This document shows positions 55,209 to 64,000 of a DNA stretch of 64,000 nt, piece by piece. Source of the DNA: Eledone cirrhosa (Eukaryota). The stretch is taken from positions 2,294,001 to 2,358,000 of the forward strand of contig OZ024741.1 of assembly GCA_964016885.1 (NCBI GenBank), given 5' to 3'. Below the pieces are notes generated by a model. That model saw only the letters and a list, made by a program, of their open reading frames with translations, was not told the DNA's origin and ran no database searches. The stretch's first letter is position 1. Each line of letters begins with the position of its first letter. Made by a program: the position numbers and the translations under genes.

Positions 55209-55507
55209 AATATGGTTTTATAAATATAGTTTCCATTTATTTAATATCGTAAATATACTCCAAATACTTGTTGAGTGCTTTTATATCAGTTATAAATATT
55301 TACTCGTTGTAACCCAACAATTTAAATAAAACTTTGCATTAAGTAAACAATAGAGACAGCACAGTAACTCAGGTACCCCACCAATCTTGAACCACCCTGC
55401 GCTTCTAGGGCACACAGGGAGAGCGCCCCTATCCTCAAATAGAGCACTCTTCTATAATAATAATGGGAAAATAAATAAATATCGGCGAAGTATTTGTTTT
55501 GTAACAG

Positions 55508-56076
55508 ATATTGTTATATTTGGGGAGGGTCATGTTGTTATATTTGGGGAGGGTCATGTTGTTATATTTGGGGAGGGTCATGTGGTTATATTTGGGGTGG
55601 GTCATATTGTTACATTTGGGGAGGGTCATGTTGTTATACTTGGGGAGGGTCAAGTTGTTATATTTGGGGAGGGACGTATTGTTATAATATTGGGGAGGGT
55701 CATATTGTTATTTTTTTTGGGGGTCGTGTTGTTATAATATTGGGGAGGGTCATGTTGTTATATTTGGGGAGGGTCGTGTTGTTATAATATTGGGGAGGGT
55801 CATGTTGTTATATTTGGGGAGGGTCGTGTTGTTATAATATTGGGGAGGGTCATGTTGTTATATTTGGGGAGGGTCATATTGTTATAATATTGGGAGGGTC
55901 ATATTGTTATATTTGGGGAGGGTCATATTGTTATAATATTGGGGAGAGTCATGTTGTTATATTTGGGGAGGGTCATATTGTTATAATATTGGGAGGGTCA
56001 TATTGTTATATTTGGGGAGGGTCATATTGTTATAATATTAGGGAGGGTCATATTGTTATATTTGGGGAGGGTCATG
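55508..56076. repeat. 24-27-bp G-tract minisatellite (TTGTTATATTTGGGGAGGGTCA)
   Basis: Directly visible, about 22 units. Confidence 0.92.
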
Positions 56077-56565
56077 TGCCAGAAAAAATAGTAAAAGACA
56101 CTCACTGTTTCATTTGATTTTCACTTCAATATATTTTTATATTTTTATAAATAATTTAACTGGCAACCAATATTTATCATTGATTTACCAACAGTTAAAA
56201 ATATAAATATAAATACAATTTCTCAATTTTAACTGTTGGTCAATCAACGATAAATATTGGTTGACAGTTAAATTATTTATAGAAATATAAAAATATAAAA
56301 ATATACTGAAGCGAAAGCCAAACAGTGAGTGTGTTTTACTATATTTTGGCAATATTAGGACAGCACCAACCCCTCCGTCCAATATACCAAAAAATTAATA
56401 TCGTTAAGATTTCTTTATAGGAATTTAATTTCTGATACATTTTCTCGCAAATTAATTTCTGAATTAATGAATGATAATTAAAAGATGTTTTGTTATTTTG
56501 TTATATCTGGTTGTCTGCCCTTTGTTTATTATTTTGTAGGATCACCCCCTCTCCCTCTCTCTCAC

Positions 56566-56645
<80 letters not shown>

Positions 56646-56919
56646 GAGGGAGATTATAAGTGTGCTAAAAGATGGGAGAAAAAAGAAAAACGGACAAACG
56701 GCACAAGGTAGAAGAATAAGACGAAGAAGAAGAAGAAGGAGGTGGAGGAGGAGAGAAAAAAGAAAGAACGAAAGAGGGCGTGGTGGGGGGAAGATCTCCA
56801 AGACGTGAAGAAGTTTTTAGGTAATGCCATTGTTTGGGCCATTATTTAGATTGAACTCTCATTCCAAGGAAGTCGGTGAGGTTAGTCATGTTTGAAACAT
56901 TAGCTAATGTATATATAGA

Positions 56920-57779
56920 CTTAGAGAGACACATACATGGAGAGAGGCACATGTAGAGGCACATACAGAGACATAGGCACATGGATATAGACACATACAT
57001 GGAGAGAGGCACATGTAGAGGTACATACAGAGACATAGACACATGGATATAGACACATACATGGAGAGAGGCACATGTAGAGACATAGGCACATGGACAT
57101 AGACACATACATGGAGAGACATAGGCACATGGAGAGACATAGGCACATGGAGAGACACATACAGAGACACATACATGGACATAGGCACATGGAGAGACAC
57201 ATACAGAGATATATACTCAGTTATAGGTATAGACACATACACAGACATAGATATAGGCACACACACATACATTAGCCAATACCATACACATACACATACA
57301 CACACAGACATAGAGAGAGAGAGACATACAGACATAGAGAGAGAGAGAGACATACAGACATAGAGAGAGAGGCATACTTACATAGAGAGAGAGAGACATA
57401 CAGACATAGAGAGAGAGAGAGACATACAGACATAGAGAGAGAGGCATACATACATAGAGAGAGAGAGACATACAGACATAGAGAGAGAGAGAGACATACA
57501 GACATAGAGAGAGAGGCATACATACATAGAGAGAGAGAGACATACAGACATAGAGAGAGAGAGAGACATACAGACATAGAGAGAGAGAGAGACATACAGA
57601 CATAGAGAGAGAGGCATACATACATAGAGAGAGAGAGACATACAGACATAGAGAGAGAGAGACATAGACTTAGAGAGAGAGAGAGTCATACAGACATAGA
57701 GAGAGAGAGAGAGAGAGAGACATACAGACATAGAGAGAGAGAGAGACATACAGACAGAGAGAGAGAGAGGCATACAGAC

Positions 57780-57820
<41 letters not shown>

Positions 57821-58137
57821 CAGACATAGAGAGAGAGAGAGACATACATACATATATATAGAGAGAGAGACATACAGACATAGAGAGAGAGAGAGAAACA
57901 TACAGACATAGAGAGAGAGAGAGAAACATACAGACATAGAGAGAGAGAGAGTGAGAGACATACATACATAGAGAGAGAGAGACATACAGACATAGAGAGA
58001 GAGAGAGAGAGAGAGACACACATAGAGACATAGAGAGAGAGAGAGACATACATACATATATATATAGAGAGAGAGACATACAGACATAGAGAGAGAGAGA
58101 GAGAGAGAGACATACAGACATAGAGAGAGAGAGAGAG

Positions 58138-58212
<75 letters not shown>

Positions 58213-58755
58213 AAGAGAGAGGCATACAGACATAGAGAGAGAGAGAGAGACATACAAACATAGAGAGAGAGAGACACATACAGACATAGAGAGAGAGAGA
58301 GAGAGAGATACAGACATAGAGAGAGAGAGATACATACATACATAGAGAGAGAGAGAGAGAGAGAGACATACAGACATAGAGAGAGAGAGAGAGACATACA
58401 GACATAGAAAGAGAGAGAGACACATACAGACATAGAGAGAGAGAGAGACATACAGACATAGAGAGAGAGAGACACATACAGACATATATATATAGAGAGA
58501 GACATACAGACATAGAGAGAGAGAGAGAGAGACATACAGACATAGAGAGAGAGACATACAGACATAGAGAGAGAGAGAGAGAGAGACATACAGACAGAGA
58601 GAGAGAGAGAGAGATAGAGACATACAGACATAGAGAGAGAGCGACATACAGACATAGAGAGAGAGAGACATACAGACATAGAGAGAGAGATAGAGACATA
58701 CAGACATAGAGAGAGAGAGACATACAGACATAGAGAGAGAGAGAGACATACAGAC

Positions 58756-58816
<61 letters not shown>

Positions 58817-58981
58817 CAGACATAGAGAGAGAGAGAGAGAGACATACAGACATACAGACATAGAGAGAGAGAGGTATACAGACATAGAGAGAGAGAGACA
58901 CATACAGACATAGAGAGAGAGAGGCATACAGACATAGAGAGAGAGAGAGACACATGCAGACATAGAGAGAGAGATACAGAC

Positions 58982-59016
<35 letters not shown>

Positions 59017-59389
59017 CAGACTTAGAGAGAGAGAGACATACAGACAGAGAGAGAGAGAGACACATACAGACATAGAGAGAGAGAGAGAGAGACATACATA
59101 CATAGAGAGAGAGAGAGATATACAGACATAGAGATAGAGAGAGAGATACAGACATATATATATAGAGAGAGAGATACAGACATAGTGAGAGAGACATATA
59201 GACATAGAGAGAGAGAGGCATACAGACATAGTGAGAGAGAGACACATACAGACATAGAGAGAGAGAGAGAAATACAGACATAGAGAGAGAGAGGCATACA
59301 GACATAGAGACAGAGAGAGAGACATACATACATAGAGAGAGATATATATATATACAGACATAGAGAGAGAGAGAGACATAGAGAGAGAC

Positions 59390-59436
<47 letters not shown>

Positions 59437-59470
59437 CAGACTTAGAGAGAGAGACATAGAGAGAGAGAGT
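56920..59470. repeat. Compound satellite (GA)n-CATACAGACATA, preceded by related ~60-bp repeats
   Basis: Directly visible. Explains the 525-626 aa poly-SL ORFs. Confidence 0.95.
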
Positions 59471-59569
59471 GGATATGAGAATGGAATGAAGTAAAAGAGT
59501 AAAAGACATTGACCAGGAATGGTCAATACTGATAGCATTAATGATATCACTGAAACATAGATGTTACTA

Positions 59570-59807
59570 CTGTTGTTGTCGCTGGTGTTGTTGTTGTTGT
59601 TGTTGTTGTCACTGTTGTTGTCGCTGGTGTTGTTGTTGTTGTTGTTGTTGTCACTGTTGTTGTCGCTGGTGTTGTTGTTGTTGTTGTTGTTGTCACTGTT
59701 GTTGTTGTCACTGTTGTTGTTGTTGTCACTGTTGTTGTTGTTGTCACTGTTGTTGTTGTTGTTGTTATTGTTGTTGTTGTTGTTGTCACTGTTGTTGTTG
59801 TTGTCAC

Positions 59808-59838
<31 letters not shown>

Positions 59839-60680
59839 ATTGTTGTTGTTGTCACTGTTGTTGTTGTTGTTGTCACTGTGGTTGTTGTTGTCACTACAGG
59901 TGTTGTTGTTGTCGCTGTTGTTGTTGTCACTGTTGTTGTCACTGGTGTTGTTGTTGTCACTGTTGTTGTTGTCACTGTTGTTGTTGTCACTGTTGTTGTT
60001 GTCACAGGTGTTGTTGTTGTCACTGTTGTTGTTGTTGTCACTGTTGTTGTTGTTGTCACTGGTGTTGTTGTTGTTACTACTGTTGTTGTTGTTGTTACTG
60101 TTGTTGTCACTGGTGTTGTTGTTGTTACTGTTGTTGTTGTCACTGTTGTTGTTGTTACTGTTGTTGTTGTCACTGGTGTTGTTGTTGTTACTGTTGTTGT
60201 TGTCACTGTTGTTGTTGTTACTGTTGTTGTTGTCACTAGTGTTGTTGTTGTTACTGTTGTTGTTGTCACTGGTGTTGTTGTTGTTGTTACTGTTGTTATT
60301 GTCACTGGTGTTGTTGTTGTTACTGTTGTTGTTGTTACTGTTGTTGTTGTTGTTACTGTTGTTGTTGTTACTGTTGCTGTTGTTGTTGTCACTACTGTTG
60401 TTGTTGTCACTGTTGTTGTTGTCACTGGTGTTGTTGTCACTGTTGTTGTTGTCACTACTGTTGTTGTTGTTGTTACTGGTGTTGTTGTTGTTACTGTTGT
60501 TGTTGTTGTTGTCACTGCTGCTACTGTTGTTGTTGTTGTTGTTGTTGTTACTGGTGCTGTTGTTGCTGTTACTGTTGTTGTCACTGCTGTTACTGTTGTT
60601 GCTGTTACTGCTGTTGTTGTTGTTACTGTTGTTGTTGTTACTGCCGCTGTTGTTGTTGTTGTTGCTGGTGTTGTTGTTGT
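59570..60680. repeat. (TTG)n-derived cryptic repeat with CAC/TAC interruptions
   Basis: Directly visible. Confidence 0.93.
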
Positions 60681-62005
60681 CTGGCCAGCCATCCCGTTTA
60701 ATGCAATAGTGTTACAGGGCTAAACAACAAAGAGAGTCTAGTAAGAGCTGGACATTGGTCAATGGTGGCGATGGTGAGCGAGGTGATGGTGGTGATGGTG
60801 TTGGTGATGGTGGTGACGATGGTGAGCGAGGTGGTGGTGGTGGTGGTGGGGAGAGAGGATATGGTGGCCATGGTGAGCGAGGTGATGGTGGTGGTGAGGG
60901 AGGTGATGGTGGTGGTGATGGTGGTGGCAATGGCTACTTTGGTAGAGACGGCGATGACGATGGCGATAATGATGGTGATGGTAATGTTAATGACGGCGAG
61001 GAGGGTAATGGCAAGTGATGGCGGTGGTGGGGCTAACGATGACAGCCATCATGTTAGCAGGGATGGTGGATTAATGTTGGCCCACTTTACCATTTGGAAG
61101 TCTAGACAAGTCTGTCGTTGTCTACAATATTACACCATATCTTCCTTTTGTCCACTGCAACACACCACCACCACCTAAAGCACTGAAGCCAATGTCACCA
61201 TCACCACCGTCATTGTCTCTACAGCCATCACCTTCACACCATAACCACTGCAGTCAACGCCACACCATTGCTGCCGCCAACACTACCACCCCTACACCAC
61301 TATTACCTATAGCACTGAAGTTAATACCACCACCACCACCATGACCGTTATTGTTACTACAGCCATCACCTTCACCTAGATTATACCATGACTACTGCAA
61401 CCAACACCACATCATTGCTACAGCCACCACCATGCCTACACCACAGCCACAACCACCCCTACACCACAGCCAACACCACCCCTACACCACAGCCAACACC
61501 ACCCATACACCACAGCCATTAGAGCCACGGTAGCCATTGCCTCAAATACGACCAGAACTGCTGTAGCTAACGCCACCACCACCACCACTACTGCCACTAC
61601 CACCACCACCGCCACCACTGTCACCACCACCACCACCACCTCTCCTCGTTGGAGCCGCTGGCACAATTATCGATCCTTGCATCCGTCATATTGCCAGGCC
61701 GTTGAATTGTCTCTCTATGGCACTGTTGCGGATCCCTCTTGCCACTAACACCACTACCACTCCCCTTGCCACTACCACCACTACCACCACCACTACCACT
61801 ACCACCACAACCACTCCCACTAACACCAACACCACTCCCCCTTGCCACTAACACCACCACCACTACCACTACCATCACCACCACTACACTACCACTAACA
61901 TCACCGCCACCACCACCACCACCACCAATACACCTTGTTAGGTCATTACTGCTGTAGACAATACGGATAAGATTAATAAGGAAAGTGTTGGCCAGGAATG
62001 TACTG

Positions 62006-62760
62006 CAACAACAACAAGGTAGTAGCTCCCTGGTAAACTGTCACACCTCCCTCCCAACAACAACAAGGTAGTGTCTCCCTGGTAAACTGTCACACCTCCC
62101 TCCTAACAACAACAAGGTAGTGTCTCCCTGGTAAACTGTCACACCTCCCTCCTAACAACAACAAGGTAGTGTCTCCCTGGTAAACTGTCACACCTCCCTC
62201 CTAACAACAACAAGGTAGTGTCTCCCTGGTAAACTGTCACACCTCCCTCCTAACAACAACAAGGTAGTAGCTCCCTGGTAAACTGTCACACCTCCCTCCT
62301 AACAACAACAAGGTAGTAGCTCCCTGGTAAACTGTCACACCTCCCTCCCAACAAGGTAGTGTCTCCCTGGTAAACTGTCACACCTCCCTCCTAACAACAA
62401 CAAGGTAGTGTCTCCCTGGTAAACTGTCACACCTCCCTCCTAACAACAACAAGGTAGTGTCTCCCTGGTAAACTGTCACACCTCCCTCCTAACAACAACA
62501 AGGTAGTGTCTCCCTGGTAAACTGTCACACCTCCCTCCTAACAACAACAAGGTAGTAGCTCCCTGGTAAACTGTCACACCTCCCTCCTAACAAGGTAGTG
62601 TCTCCCTGGTAAACTGTCACACCTCCCTCCTAACAACAACAAGGTAGTGTCTCCCTGGTAAACTGTCACACCTCCCTCCCAACAAGGTAGTGTCTCCCTG
62701 GTAAACTGTCACACCTCCCTCCTAACAACAACAAGGTAGTGTCTCCCTGGTAAACTGTCC
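62006..62760. repeat. 49-bp tandem minisatellite, about 15 copies
   Basis: Unit CAACAACAAGGTAGTGTCTCCCTGGTAAACTGTCACACCTCCCTCCTAA. Some units lack 6 bp. Confidence 0.95.
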
Positions 62761-62797
62761 TTACAGACACCTCCCTCCCTTTGTGGAGATTTATTAA

Positions 62798-62990
62798 ATA
62801 ATTGTTTCTACTTTAGGCACAAGGCCAGCCATACCCAATATATTACTGGTACTTTACTTTATCGACCCCGTAAGGATGAAAGGCAAAGATAACCTCGTCG
62901 GAATTTGAACTCAGATCATAAAGGGACGTGACTCTATGCTTCAAAGCATGGTGTCCGACTCTCTACAGATACTGCCAATCCACCGTCCTA
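62798..62990 (-). mobile_element. tRNA-derived SINE
   Basis: Reverse complement of the family, including A- and B-boxes. Confidence 0.85.
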
Positions 62991-63039
62991 ATTTATTAAA
63001 TAATAGGAATAACGAATGATTGGAGAAGTGAGTCAGTGA

Positions 63040-64000
63040 CAGAGGTAGGTAGAGAGGTAGGTAGAGAGGTAGGTAGAGAGGTAGGTAGAGAGGTAGGTAG
63101 AGAGGTAGGTGGAGAGGTAGATAGAGAGGTAGGTAGAGAGGTAGGTAGAGAGGTAGGTAGAGAGGTAGGTAGAGAGGTAGGTAGAGAGGTAGTTAGAGAG
63201 GTAGTTAGAGAGGTAGGTAGAGAGGTAGGTAGAGAGGTAGGTGGAGAGGTAGGTAGAGAGGTAGGTAGAGAGGTAGGTAGAGAGGTAGGTAGAGAGGTAG
63301 GTAGAGAGGTAGGTGGAGAGGTAGATAGAGAGGTAGGTAGAGAGGTAGGTAGAGAGGTAGGTAGAGAGGTAGGTAGAGAGGTAGGTGGAGAGGTAGGTAG
63401 AGAGGTAGGTAGAGAGGTAGGTGGAGAGGTAGGTAGAGAGGTAGGTAGAGAGGTAGGTAGAGAGGTAGATAGAGAGGTAGGTAGAGAGGTAGGTAGAGAG
63501 GTAGGTAGAGAGGTAGGTGGAGAGGTAGATAGAGAGGTAGGTAGAGAGGTAGGTAGAGAGGTAGGTAGAGAGGTAGGTGGAGAGGTAGATAGAGAGGTAG
63601 GTAGAGAGGTAGGTAGAGAGGTGGTAGAGAGGTAGGTAGAGAGGTAGGTAGAGAGGTAGGTGGAGAGGTAGGTAGAGAGGTAGGTGGAGAGATAGGTAGA
63701 GAGGTAGGTAGAGTGGTAGGTGGAGAGGTAGGTGGAGAGGTAGATAGAGAGGTAGGTAGAGAGGTAGGTAGAGAGGTAGGTGGAGAGGTAGGTAGAGAGG
63801 TAGGTGGAGAGGTAGGTAGAGAGGTAGGTGGAGAGGTAGATAGAGAGGTAGGTAGAGAGGTAGGTGGAGAGGTAGGTAGAGAGGTAGGTAGAGAAGTAGA
63901 TCGAGAGGTAGGTGGAGAGGGAGATAGAGAGGTAGGTAGAGAGGTGGGTAGAGAGGTAGGTAGAGAGGTTGTAGAGAGGTAGGTAGAGAGGTAGGTAGAG
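63040..64000. repeat. 12-bp purine-rich satellite (AGAGGTAGGTAG)n
   Basis: Directly visible. Runs off the window end. Confidence 0.95.

Noticed and set aside
57378-59550. 525-626 aa Ser/Leu ORFs
   Set aside because: Translations of a (GA)n compound satellite.
59541-60723. Mucin-like poly-Thr or metallothionein-like poly-Cys ORFs
   Set aside because: (TTG)n-derived repeat open in several frames and on both strands, with no signal peptide or splice evidence.
63036-63982. (REVG)n ORFs
   Set aside because: Translation of a 12-bp satellite.

Overview
AT-rich, microsatellite-saturated eukaryotic intergenic or intronic DNA. It resembles an octopus/cephalopod genome, which I infer from repeat content only. 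No host gene is confidently identifiable, and nearly all ORF-track entries are translations of (TA)n, (CA)n, (GA)n, (TTG)n and similar repeats. The real content is a dense set of retroelements. There are three Penelope-like elements (PLEs): one intact 800-aa RT+GIY-YIG ORF (46752-49154, minus strand, Hydra-clade-like), one degraded relative, and one Neptune-like element. Other retroelements are R4/Dong-like fragments in (TAA)n, a Tx1/L1 fragment, RTE fragments and many tRNA-derived SINEs. DNA transposons are a Tc1/mariner end and a hAT MITE whose TIR has expanded into a 102-copy satellite. The main hidden signal is a set of short, sequence-unrelated elements inserted in (TA)n that share one architecture: inverted arm, hammerhead ribozyme, tail carrying a TNGAGTRCTY motif, then (TA)n. 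About 20 complete or near-complete hammerhead folds can be read by eye. They include compensatory U3-A8 cores in at least three families, a U4A family, and versions with ~100-nt stem II inserts and a possible pseudoknot. The fold-back points of the palindromic copies map to the presumed ribozyme stem II, and the 5' end of the full-length PLE maps to a predicted self-cleavage site. All RNA folds were paired by hand and none is experimentally tested.
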